From Negaprion brevirostris (Eukaryota), in assembly GCA_030324005.1 (NCBI GenBank), contig JARDVH010000193.1, positions 82,477,012 to 82,541,011 of the forward strand: 64,000 nt of DNA. The letters are read 5' to 3'. The number at the start of each line of letters is the position of its first letter. Positions within the stretch are counted from its first letter, which is position 1. Shown here one piece after another: positions 23,820 to 35,640 of the stretch. The notes beneath the pieces are model-generated. The model saw nothing but the letters and a program-made list of their open reading frames with translations, did no database searches and had not been told where the DNA came from. The position numbers and the translations under genes are program-made.

Positions 23820-23980
23820 TATGTGGTTTATATGGTTTCCGTATTGACAACCACACAGCTGTCAAGCACTTTATCTACACACATCAGCTGTGCAATCAAT
23901 TAGAAACAGCTGAAAGGGGAATTCTTTATCTAAACAATTTTCGTTTTGGGACAGTAAACTTGCAGTTAACAGGAACTAAC
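23820..23980. promoter_or_regulatory. Candidate enhancer: RUNX/GATA/E-box/ETS/MEIS/MYB motif cluster
   Basis: TGTGGTT 23822, AACCACA 23849, CAGCTG 23856/23885/23907, TTATCT 23871/23926, CTGTCA 23859, CAGTTA 23963, CAGGAA 23970. Confidence 0.45.
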
Positions 23981-24564
23981 TATATTTACATGTTACATGC
24001 AGCACATAAATGCATTCAGGCGACATCTGTGAGTCCAAAACATTTCTTTGTACTTGAAAGATAAATTAAGAAGAAGTTCTGAATATCTTACTAGTAAGGG
24101 GATTAAAGACATACATCCTGCATTATTGACGGAAGTCAGACAGAAAATAGCAGAGGCTGCAATCACAACATTTCACATATTTAGGATAACCTGGATTATG
24201 TCCTTTACCAATTTCTTCTTCTTTGAAAATAATTAATCCTAAACCTCCCTTCAATGATTCAATGAATAAAATGACAAAAAAAATCAAAATTGCATCCTTA
24301 CAATGTTAGCACATCTCCTCAGAATGGGCCAAAATGCAATTCAATTCATTTAAGTGCAGTTATTTTAATTATCCAGTCAAACGAGGCAGTCAATATTCTT
24401 TTACTTATTGTTTCATGGTATTGGGGAACTGCCTGCAGCCAGTATTTGTTGCCCATGCCTAACTATCGTTAAATTAAGTGGCCTGCGAGGTCCTTTCTGT
24501 GGATAGTTATGAGTCAACCATAATGTTGTGGTCCTAGAGTCACATGTAAACCAGACAGAATAGA

Positions 24565-26140
24565 GATAGAATCATAGAATCATACAATGCAGGAGTGGTC
24601 CTTAGGCCCATCAAATCCATACCAACATGTTAGAAACACCTGAACTCTCACCTAATCCCATCTGCTAGCACTTGGTCCATAGCTCTGAATGCTAAGTGCT
24701 CATCCAGGCACTTTTTAAAGGGTGTGAGGCAACCTGCCTCCACCACCTTCTCAGGCAGTGCATTCTAGACTGTCAGCACCCTCTGGGTAAAAATGTTTTT
24801 CCTTANNNNNNNNNNNNNNCTGCCTCTCAACTTGAGCCTATGTCACCTCATAACTGACCCTTCAACTAAGGGGAATAGCTGCTTTTTTCCACTCTGTCCA
24901 TGTCTCTCATAATTGTGAATATCTCGGTCAGGTCACCCTCAGTCTTCTTTGCTCCAACAAAAGCTACCCAAGCCTATCCAACCTTTCTTCATAATTTAAA
25001 TGTTCCATCCCAGGCAGCATCCTGGTAAATCTCCTTTGCACCTCCTCCAGTGCAATCACATCCTTCCAATAACGTGGCGACCAGAACTGCACACAGTACT
25101 CTAGTTGTGGCCTCACCCAAGTTCCATACAACTCCAACATGACTTCCCTGCTTTTGTAACTTATGTCATGATTGATAAAGGCAAGCATCCCATATGCCTT
25201 TTTCACCACCCTACTCACATGCCCTTCTGCTTTCAGACATCTATGGACAAACACGCCAAGGTCCCTCTCTTCCACCAAATTTGCTGGGTGGCATGGTGGC
25301 TTAGTGGTTAGCAGTGCTGCCTCACATTGCCAGAGACCTGGGTTCAATTCTTGGCTTGGGTCACTGTGTGGAGTTTGCATGTTCTCCCTGCTGTTTGTGT
25401 GAGTATCCTCTGGGTGCTCTGGTTTCCTCCCACAGTCTGAAAGATGTGCTGGTTAGGTGTGTTGTCTTGAACAGGCACTAGAATGTGGCGACTAGGGGAG
25501 TTTCATTTAAATTTCATTGCAGTGTTAATATAAGCCTTACTTGTGACTAATAAATAAGCTTCAACATTTTCCTAGCGTCCTACAATTCATTAAATACTTG
25601 TCAAATTACTCCTTCTAAAGTGTGTCACCTCATACTTTTCAAGGTTAAATCCCATCTGCCACTCATCTGCCCATTTCACCATTGCGTCTATATCTTCCTG
25701 TAGCCCAAGACACTCCATCTCACTGTTAACCACTCGTCTTATCTTTGTGTCATCCGCAAACAAACTAATCCTACCTCCCACATAATCATCAATGTCATTT
25801 ACATAAATGATGAATAATAGGGGGACCAATACAGATCCCGGTGGTATCCATTGGACTCTGGCTTCTAGTCACTAAAGCAAACTTTGTCATCTCCCTCTGT
25901 CTCCTAAAACTGAGCCAATTTTAATCCACTTTATCAAATTACCCTGTGTCCCATATGAGTTTACCTTCTTTACAAGTCTCCCAGTTGGAACCTTGTCAAA
26001 GGCTTTGCTCAAATCCACATAAACCACATTGACTGCACTACCCTCATCTACACACCTGGTCACCTCCTCAAAAAATTCAACCAAATTTGCTAGGCATGAC
26101 CTCCCTCTGACAAAGCCATGCTGACTTTCCCTGATCAAGA
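24565..26140 (-). mobile_element. 5'-truncated CR1/HER1 LINE
   Basis: ESQHGFVRGRSCLANL, DLSKAFDKVP, SLFADDTKI, VRPQLEYCVQFWSP and a (TTCTATGA)n tail near 24565. Confidence 0.95.
25286..25562 (+). mobile_element. HE1-like SINE (tail B) inserted in CR1
   Basis: GGTGGCATGGTGGCTTAGTGGTTAG head and GGCGACTAGGGGAGTTTC...AATAAATAAGCTT tail; it splits the CR1 ORF. Confidence 0.9.
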
Positions 26141-26249
26141 GATAGATGCTTCAGAAGTTTCTCTAATGGCTTCTCTGCCACTGACATGAGACTTACTGGT
26201 CTGTGGTTCCCTGGTTTATCTCTACAACCCTTCTTAAATGATATGAGAA

Positions 26250-26470
26250 GATAGTGGATTTCCTTTTTTAAAGCAGATTAATGAACCAGATAGGTTTTTA
26301 TAACAATCAATAATTGTTGTTTGGTCCTTAGGTCTCAGGCTAGCTTCATATTCCAGCTTTATTAATTGAATGTCAAACTCCACTAGCTGCTGTGGTGGGA
26401 CTTGAACCTGTGTCATCAGAGCATTAGGCTGGACCACTAGTCCATGACATTATCCTATGCTACCATCTCA
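26250..26470 (-). mobile_element. Old SINE-like fragment related to 24400-24560 and 61020-61345
   Basis: Shared GGGACTTGAACCTGTGTC..AGAGCATTAG..ACTAGTCCA..ACATTA..CCATCT segment. Confidence 0.5.
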
Positions 26471-27639
26471 CTTCTTTGTTGAACAAAGCAAGAACCAATA
26501 AACAGATGAACAGACAATCAGTTTTTGGTGGTGGCTGGTAATGGAAGTTGGTTAATCAGCACAACAGATAAATTATACCTCAAATAAAGGCATGGATCTT
26601 TTATGTCCAACTGATTCTTATCAAAGTAATAAATTACATCCTATGTGATTGTGACCAGACGTAGAATTTTCTGCTAGGACTTGCCGGGGAGTGTTTCCCT
26701 CTGCGGAGGCAGCTGGGAATTTGCACTATATTGTATGAGCCTAGCCTTGTTAAGTATGCACTGGGGGGTTTTACAATGTTTTGCTGGATGATTCACAACC
26801 TGCCATCATATCCAGGTGCTAGTTTTAAAATCTGTTGGATATGATTGACTACAGTTGAAGAAAGAAGCTGGATCTCCAGGAAAATNNNNNNNNNNNNNNN
26901 NNNNNNNNNNNNNNNNNNNNNNNNNNNNNNNNNNNNNNNNNNNNNNNNNNNNNNNNNNNNNNNNNNNNNNNNNNNNNNNNNNNNNTCTGAGGCTGGAAGA
27001 TAGACCTCCTCAAAGACACTGAACTTAGAAGATCCACCTAATCGATGCTCCTCTCATCACTGCTGCATGTTCCAGGGTCATTGGTTGCTGAAGGCATATG
27101 TCCCAAACTCCAGAGGCAGCCCCAGATCTTCTTCATGTAAAAGCATATCATGTTGTCCAGACATATTCTGGGTCAACTGGATCGATATGATTTCCTGATT
27201 ATGGCCCAGATTCAATTCGGGTTTTTATCTACATCCGGTTAGTGGAGTGTAAATTGGTTTCAAGCCGGCCTCTGGTGTGAATTGTGACTCACCATGGCGG
27301 GTAGTAGCAGAAGATCCCACTGTCATTTTACACCAGCATGAAACCAATTATTGGAGTTTCCACTGCTCTAACTGCCTTCATCCTTATCTATCTAACTGCA
27401 TCCAGACTATCACATCTTTTCTTGCTCTCACATGGCTACCTCTGCTGTTTCCCCATGGATCCCCCTGGTTGTCCTCATTTATATGCTATCCCTTGGCATC
27501 ATAATTTGAAAGCACAGTATTAGTTTTCACAAGTAGGCTGAAAACACTAAGTTCTACCTCATCATGACTTCTTTTGGCTTGTCCACTGTTGCTAAGTTAA
27601 CCCTGGTCTTGATCGATATCCAGTGTTTATTTATTTGCC

Positions 27640-27845
27640 TGTTTATTTATTCATCCATGGCATGTAGTGTCATTGATTTGTTGCCCAATCCTAATTGCCC
27701 TTGAGAAGGTAATGGTGAGATGCCCCACGCACTTTTGCTACAGTGCTGTTACAGAGGGTGTTCCAGAATTTTGACCTAGTGACAGCAAAGGAACAGCGAT
27801 ATACTTCCAAATGAAAATGATTGTGTGGGGCTTAGAGGGGAACTT
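27640..27845 (-). mobile_element. Old CR1-like 3' fragment
   Basis: TTGCCCAATCCTAATTGCCCTTGAGAAGG…GTTCCAGAATTTTGACCTAGTGACAG, homologous to 36968-37250. Confidence 0.6.
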
Positions 27846-29939
27846 ACCCCTAACACCCTTTCTCACAAAGCCCTGACCTCCCTCACCAAAGACCTCCAAA
27901 CCCCAAATCTCCTGAATTCCTCCGAACGTTTGCCCCATCCCCAATTCTCCCCCACCCCAAACTAACCTCATTCCATTCACTGTCCTTTCAGCTCCATTGG
28001 GGTCTCTATCTGCTTTACAGCAGCCAATGTAGTAAAAAAGAGGCAGGGGTCTCCCTGAGTTCATTGTTGTTGCACTGCGCTGTGGTCTGTGAGCACATTT
28101 TCGCTGCAGCTCTAGCTCAGCGCAGCTTTCAGCAAAGGTTTTTGGAGCAGGTTGGTTCACTTGCTGGTTCCAGCTGCTGGCTGGAAGTTATGGCCTAACA
28201 TTTCTTTAAGCTCTTGTTTTTTGTTATGATTTTGTTCGGAGAGTGTTCAGGCTCCGCCCTCCAATTGGCCATAGAGGAACTCTTAACATGACTGGGCTCC
28301 AGTCTGGCTTCCAGGCATTTCAACAGACTCCTGTCGTGATTACAACAGGAATATCCGTAGTTTTATGAGGCCTTTGGGTTCAAGTCTTGAATCTCCACTG
28401 CTGACTCAGACTAAGAATATTACCAATTAAGTGATGCTGATACAAGAGAAGAAAGTCCAGTGATGCACTGGTTATGGAAACATCATTAAAACACAGTGAA
28501 ATATCAACGATGAGCAAATGATAACTGTTAGATGACTGGCTCTCGTTTTCTGTTTAAGCAAGATGCACGAAAAGCCTACTCAGATATGGAAGTAGAATTT
28601 ATGTGTTGGACAGGTTTGGGCAATTTAAAGAATTGACAAGTTTTCTTTCATACGAAGTAAACACTTGACAATTAAAAAGATGTTTGCACAGCGTCGTCAA
28701 TGTAAATGTTTTCACTTTTAATCAATGGACACAAGCCCTGAAATGTGAGGGTTTGTATCTTTTAGGATAATTCTTATAACTGAATATTATAAGGCAGTTT
28801 CTGCAGGCTGTCTTTCTAATAAATGTTCCATTCAAAATGAATAACGTAACATATGGTTATGAATGCTGTCGACAGACAAAACAGTTGTTGCTATAGCAGG
28901 CGATCCTTCTTACAAATCAACTTTGCAATATGCAATATAAAGTAGAGAGGTGTGAAGGGGTGACAGTTACCAATATCAGCTTGACACTGTACCACAGCCA
29001 TCTGTCTCAATACCACAAATCATTGCTGCCTCAAAATGATGGCTAGAAATTGCACGTTTCAAGATTTCAGTGTGCTCTTTGTTAAACATAACACTGAGAT
29101 CAGCCAAAATTATTCCTTCTTTTAATTTATTTTGGTGAACTATGTGCTCACCAAGATGAGGGATGTATTGTTGGCAAAATGTAGCATTGCTGCATTTCAA
29201 ATACCAAATGTTAAGCCCTCAGCTTGGACACACTATGGTTAAATCCATATTAAGGCTCCTTCCAAAAGGCCCTATCAAATGCTCATAAATGAGCTACAAT
29301 ACGGATTAAATCTTTCTGTACTCTGCCCCGATGATATCCGCCAAAGCCAACCTCAGAAGAACACCTAACCTAACCTGCAATCTTCAATTCCAACATGTAC
29401 TATTCTGTGATCTCTGTGAAATCAAACTGCAGTTCAATGACAAACCAGGGGAACTTTGTACTGTGAGGCTGTGCCATCAGGAATTGGATTAAGACAGCTC
29501 AAACCAGATTGGGATTCATGACACATGACTCTACATCATACTGTGGGTGGATCTGCTCTCATTAACTCTTGCCCTGCCAAGCAGCTTTACATTACATTGC
29601 AGGCACTCATAACAGGGTATTTGGATTATTTACATTTTAAATAGTAAGAATGGATGACAGGGCTGGGTGCAGGTCCCTGTGTTGAGAGTTGTTATAGGGC
29701 AAAATTTTACATTATCCCACTGACTGATTTATAGGTGAGGGATGGCTATAAACTTCTTCAGATGGCCTCCGCATTGATTGCGTTTTGACATCGTCAAAAG
29801 CATTTGGGATATCACCAGAGGCATCCATCTTGGACTGTAAGCAAGCCACACCTATCCACTAAAGCTCTACTAACTGGTTAAGTAACCCACCACGTGGTAA
29901 CCTTTTCATTCTTTAATCCTTGCTGTTAAAAGCATCGGA

Positions 29940-30022
29940 TTGTGGCGACTAGGGGAATTTCACAGTAACTTTCATTGCAGTGTTAACGTGAGCCTTACTT
30001 GTGACTAATAAATAAACTTTAA
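29940..30022 (+). mobile_element. Isolated tail-B fragment
   Basis: TGTGGCGACTAGGGGAATTTCACAGTAACTTTCATTGCAGTGTTAACGTGAGCCTTACTTGTGACTAATAAATAAACTTT. Confidence 0.8.
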
Positions 30023-30289
30023 AGGGAGCTGACCATTTTAATAGACTTCGTATACTTTAATGAGATCTCAAGCTATAGTTGAGTGGCTGAAGCTGTCACC
30101 ACTCCAACATGTGGTGTGAGGTGGCAGTAGTAGGGGTTTGGGTCAATCACCATGTGCACTAAACATGGGATGGTCAGAACTCTGTAACATGGGGCCCTGA
30201 GAAGCAGTCGTAGGNNNNNNNNNNNNNNNNNNNNNNNTGTAGTGAGAAGACTGTGAGGAAGATGGAGACTGGTGTCTCAGTGTAGTTCA

Positions 30290-30640
30290 GACAAGATATA
30301 ATGAGGCTCATTCTGCAACTCATATTTTGTTTGAGAAGACAAAGGGAATGCTGAAGATTGGATCCCAGTGTTTGGGCCAGTCTGGTAGAGTCCTGCAATA
30401 TAATCCACAGAGGGCCTCATGCAATCATGTTGCCTGCTGTACCCTATACAACCTGGCATTGCACCGGGGGAGGAACTACCTTAGGAGGAGACGGAGGAAA
30501 GGCACATCCCCTCCAATGAGGAGGATGAGATGAAGGTGAGGAGATCCTCAAATGCAAGAAGTCATGAGGCTACATTAAGCAGGCATACTGTGAAAGCCCA
30601 CATAGCAACTAGTTAATGGAGGATGACAACATGCAGTGAG
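30290..30640 (+). pseudogene. Harbinger transposase (HARBI1-like) C-terminal remnant
   Basis: RYNEAHSATHILFEKTKGMLKIGSQCLGQSGRVLQYNPQRASCNHVACCTLYNLALHRG, followed by an acidic tail. Confidence 0.85.
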
Positions 30641-31327
30641 AACACTCTATGTATCCTCACATTGCATCTGTGAGCATTTGACTCGTTTGGCTGAAGGTAG
30701 TGCACATACCGTCTGTGATCAGCTTCCTGTCATTGGGATGCAGTGGGTGCCTATAGTCCTTACATTCCAGGAGGATGATGATGACTTGCAGTGGGGACTG
30801 TCCATAGATTCTCATAGAGCTTCTGTGAATGGCTGACTTCTGTCTGGCTGATGGCTCACTTACCAGGGTCATACCATGGAGATGCAGTGGGGCAAGTTTT
30901 TAAATTCTCCTGATCCTACAGTNNNNNNNNNNCCTACAGTGTCCTTCACAACCAGAACCTTTCAGGACCACAGTGTCTCTGGAGACAGAAGCTGAGGAAT
31001 TGGGGCAACCAGCTGCACAGGCCTCAGAGGTGCTGAGAGCACACAGGGCGAATGACAGAAATCTGTGACCAACCCAGATTCTGGCAGCAATGATAAGTTC
31101 CATCAAGATGCAGGCATGTCTGAGGTGTCCAGTACTTGTGAAAGCACGTCATCTATGTGCTGGGAAAGTTGCACACAGCACTGGGAGGAAGCTCTGAACT
31201 GAGGTACCTGCCTTTCTCTTGTGCTTTCACAAGAAGCACTGCTCATCAAAGAACAGGGTGACTTAGCCTCGGAGTTTAGTTACACTCATTAACATTATGT
31301 ACAATGATTAAGACACATGCTGACACT

Positions 31328-31570
31328 GTATTTATTTGTCACAAGTAAGGCTTACTGTGAAATTTCCCTAGTCGTCACACTCCGGGGCCTACTTGGGTCA
31401 ATGCACCTAATCAGCACATTTTTCAGATTGTGGAAGGAAACCTGAGCACCCAGAGGAAACCCAAGCAGACACGGAGAGAACGTGTAAACTCCACACAGAA
31501 GTGATTCAAGCCGGAAATAGAACACAGGTCCCTTACGCTATAAAGCAGCAGTGCTAACCATTTGCCATCA
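31328..31570 (-). mobile_element. HE1-like SINE (tail B) inside the Harbinger relic
   Basis: Reverse head GCAGTGCTAACCATTTGCC, core and tail B. Confidence 0.85.
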
Positions 31571-31574
31571 TGTC

Positions 31575-33102
31575 GCTCCTACACCTCCTTAATCTTTCTA
31601 ATCCTGCAGCTACATCTTGGTGCATCCCCGACATCCACAGCAGAGGTCGAGGCAGCCTCCTGTCTATCACACTGTGTTGTCTGGTGGGCTGAGACTTGGA
31701 GAGCCGCAACCTGCTTTCAGGGACTTGTTGTGTGGCAGTGCCACTCTCCTTGGACTGTGGAGCTGGAGCTGAAGGGATCACANNNNNNNNNNNNNNNNNN
31801 NNNNNNNNNNNNNNNNNNNNNNNNNNNNNNNNNNNNNNNNNNNNNNNNNNNNNNNNGCTCCTCCTCCATATATGTGCTCGAAGACCCCGGCTGCCTCTTT
31901 GAGCGGGAAGAGAGCTGGTGTGAGTTTGAGATGCCCGTACTCCTCTGGCATTGACATTGATGGATGCCAGCAAATGCCTCAGTCATGGGGTGCAGTTCCT
32001 GCAGCAGTTCAGGACAGATGGCCTGAATCAATGTCTCTATGGCCGCCACCATTCTACCAATGTTGACCTCAGTGCATTGATATATCAGGGCTATCACCTC
32101 CATCTTGTTTTGCAATCTGAAGAATACAGCAGACATCCTTTCTCAATATTCCTGAGTTTGTATTTGCAGCTCCAGCAACTGAGACCTGAATAAATCCAGA
32201 GACTCTTCATCTGGCATGGAATCAATAGATCCCTGGTCTTCAGCCTCTGAGTGCCAGCACCCTGAGATGTCCTAGGCCTCACAGAGGTGCGTGTCTGTGC
32301 ACTGCTGGGGTGTGGGAGAGCGCTCTAATGCAGCAACAATGCTGGTGTCTGTAGATTCCTTATCTGTGCTCCTCTCAGGGCTGGCATCCAGGACCTGGCT
32401 CATGGATCCCCCTCACTAAACATGTCTGCAAAAGAAAGACATTTGTGCATGGCAGGGGCCTGTGAAACAGGAGGTATCACTCACAGCATTGTTGTCTGGT
32501 GGATGTTGCAGTGCAGAATTCTCACTTGGATGAATATTATCAACCTCACTGTCAAAGCATAAATATTGCTCATTCTCACCAGCCAGCTGAATTGTTCCAT
32601 CTTCAAAGTTTTTCAGGACCTGAGTTCCACCATTCCTCCACCTTCCCTATTTGTTATATGCCAGCTTATCCTGCATGAAAACAGATTGACAGAGTGTAAG
32701 CAGGGTGCCTGCCAGGCCAGATGAAAAGGTTGCGTGGCACGTATGAGTGGTGAGTGAGGTCATGGATGGCTGGAGATCAGGCAAGATGAAGATGAGTGGG
32801 CTGAATGCATGATGGTGTTCTTGAACTGGCAATGAGTGAGATCTCTGTTGATGTGTGATGGTTGTGTGAGTTGAGATTGATGAGACTTACCCTGGAGATC
32901 ATTCATCCTTTCTCATGACTCTTTAGGTGGGTATTGACACTGACCACACCACCACCGCCTCCCATACTGGATTGGTGTCCTTGCTTGATAGCTTTTGCCC
33001 AGAGCAGGGATAAATGACACCACAGCAAGAGTACGCGGCATCTAGTAGGTGCTTGAGGGAGGCGTCACTAAATTTAATGGCAGCATGTTGCTTGGCAGTC
33101 AT
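31575..33102 (-). pseudogene. Harbinger Myb/SANT-like DNA-binding protein (MSANTD/NAIF1-type), three exons, decayed
   Basis: Exon 1 MTAKQHAAIKFSDASLKHLLDAA..VIYPCSGQKLSSKDTNPVWEAV ends at donor GTAAGT (about 32890). Acceptor TTTTCATGCAG (about 32671) leads to DKLAYNK..., then donor GTGAG (about 32525), then acceptor TTCTTTTGCAG (about 32426) leads to the exon with EVNIGRMVAAIETL. Confidence 0.75.
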
Positions 33103-34059
33103 CAGTTCCACACGGCTTCCTATTCCTTGAGGAATATTAGCTCTGTGCAGGCACCTTTAAATGGGGCCCCTGGATGACTAAAGCTCAAAAGTCACATCAG
33201 GAGGGTGGGGGGAGGGCAATGAATGAGAGGTCACTTCGCCATTGATCCAACATTATTGTGCCTCTACATTTTTTAAACAAAGTACCACATGTTACAGCAG
33301 AAAAAACTGCCATCTATCCACCCGAAATCAGACTTTGCCAATATCTGATTTAAATCTGAGTATTGGATGATTGCCAGTGCAGGGAATTTGCNNNNNNNNN
33401 NCCTGGTAATTGCCGTGCCATCATTATATGAGTGAGGTATGCTCCAGTGCATCTTTGGGGTACTCCCCTCATGGGTATGACACACTGGAGATCCAAAGTC
33501 ATGGGCCGTCATGTACATTTTTGTGCTGATTTACACAAAAACAAAATGGTCCCTTTGAAACTTATTCCCTGAACTCCTTCCACCTATGGACAAAAGTCCT
33601 TAGGGATCTGGAACTCTGTAGCCCAGAGGCTTTCTGAATCATGTGGAAGAGGTTGTAAGATATAATTGTATTGAATTAGTGTTATAGGATGTACTTGCAT
33701 TTTAAAATGAATCAGATGTGCTGTGCATGCTGTTGTTTACAACATCATCTTCAAACATTTTCTACAAGCTCACAAAATTCTGTAAACACTTCCTGGGGGA
33801 GGATTTTCTGTGGTTGCTGCATGTAAACACATTCTTTTTTTATTGCATGTGCGATGTCACTGTACATATCAACGAGATGGAATCTTGCCCCTGTGTCAAT
33901 CATTTTACTGAATGCATCTGTTAGAAGATGAAACAAATCTGTCACACAATATGGAATGGAATTACAAACCGCGTTCTTCACAAATTATGAACTAAGCCTG
34001 CTACTGAACCTAAAACAAAGCTAGAAAAAGAGCCTTTAACAAAAAGAAGCCAATAAAAT

Positions 34060-34165
34060 AATATTAAAGATCTGAGATAGAAACAGGAAATGCTGCAAGT
34101 TTACAATGGCCAGTCAATACCTAAAATGGAAAAATGTTTGGTAGGACTTTACATCAGGACTGAGT
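34060..34165 (-). mobile_element. Very decayed Penelope pLTR end
   Basis: Minus strand GTCCTGATGT…AAACATT…GCAGCATTTCCTGTTTCTATCTCAGAT. Confidence 0.4.
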
Positions 34166-34214
34166 TTCATGGAGCATAATGGGTGAAATTATGTGCTGAT
34201 TGATCTGTATGGTG

Positions 34215-34485
34215 ATTTTATTTATTATTTATTATTGTCACAAGTAGGTTTGCGTCAATACTGCAATGAGGTTACTAAGAAGATCCCCTCGTTGCCACAC
34301 TCCGGTGCCTGTTTGGGTACACTGAGGCTGTAATTTTACCATCTCGCACACCCCTTTCTGGGGCGGATGAGGCTCATAGAATGGAAATTTCCATTGGCCT
34401 CAGAGGGATTTTACGATCTCACCTGAACGAGGTCATAAAATCCCTCACTGAGGGAGAATTTAGCATGGCCAATGCACTCAACCAG
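34215..34485 (-). mobile_element. Tail-B SINE fragment with a MITE inserted at about 34325-34447
   Basis: The SINE sequence GGGTACACTGAGGGAGAATTTAGC is split, with ACTGA on both sides of GGCTGTAATTTTAC…ATAAAATCCCTC. Confidence 0.75.
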
Positions 34486-35311
34486 ATTTGTGGTGATTGT
34501 GTCTTTAAGGGCAACACAGCAGAATAAGGGTCACTTTCCTTTTGGGGCCAATTGGGGTGAACAGTCGGTTATCATCCCAGGAGATCGTGTCCTCTCTTAA
34601 GTAGAAGACATGTTGGGACCTACAAGCAGCTATGAGGGACTTGTGCAGTTTTTCTTAAAAATAAATACCGTTTTTGTGTTTCTAATGAAATTTGTGAAAG
34701 TGCATCATTACAACCTGCTGAACAGATCTTTCATTTAGCTTTATTTTGGTTTTGATCCATCACAAAACAGAATACATCTATTAAAATCCATGGAATAGAA
34801 CAGTAATAATAAAAATAGTTAATTCTTCTTCCCTTCTTAGAGCAGCCCATTTTCCTGACTAATGTAAAGAATACTTTATTCCTAAAGCCAGAAGTAAAGT
34901 GCCAAGATATGCTTCGAATGTGCTGGATTTGGACAGACACTTTCAGAGCTCAGTGTCCTTTTTTGCATATGTCATGAGAGTTAATTTCAGGGACCCATGG
35001 CCATGGCAAACTCCAGCTGCATGGTGGGCATCCAGCCAACTGGTAACTGCTGACATAAAGAGGCCTTTGTAAAAACCATCTGGATGATTGACAATTTATT
35101 TTCACTGTAAGGGTTGGTAGCTGTGTAGATGGACCCAGGCTAAAGCTAGCTGCAAGAGCCCAACTAGAAGAGAGTTTGTGTTGGTACAAAGATCAGAAAC
35201 GACAGAGTCCCACCATTGTCATTGTTACCACTGATGGATAAATAACACGTTTATAAACACATTGGGGCTGCAGTTGCTGGTTTAACAAGTAAGTTTGGCT
35301 GAATGAGGAAC

Positions 35312-35640
35312 AATCATACAATCATAGAAACCCTGCAGTGCAAAAGGAGGCCATACGGCCCATTGAGTCTGCACCAATCACAATCCCATCCAATCCTTAT
35401 CCCCATAAACCCATATATTTACTCTGCTAGTTCCCCTTGACACTATGGCCAATTTAGCATGGCCAATCTAACTCACCCACACATCTTTGGACTGTGGGAG
35501 GAAACTGGAGCACTTGGAGGAAACCCACACCGACGCCGGGCAAATGTGTAAACTCCACACAGACTTTGACCTGAGGCTGGAATTGAACCCAGGTCCCTGG
35601 CACTGTGAGGCTGCAGTGCTAAATACTGTGCCACCATGCC
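35312..35640 (-). mobile_element. HE1-like SINE (tail A)
   Basis: Full head, core and tail on the minus strand. Confidence 0.9.

Larger units (their letters stand above)
29696..33312. mobile_element. Two-gene Harbinger transposon relic (HARBI1 on +, Myb/SANT on -, convergent)
   Basis: Left end GGGCAAAATTTTAC. The right end is uncertain (degenerate AAAAACTGCC near 33310). Contains the two pseudogenes listed separately. Confidence 0.7.

Noticed and set aside
34488-34714. Possible solo LTR (TGT…TTACAAC with AATAAA); similar hints at 56.5-57.1 kb and 57.6 kb
   Set aside because: No clear TSD, PBS/PPT or second copy in the window.
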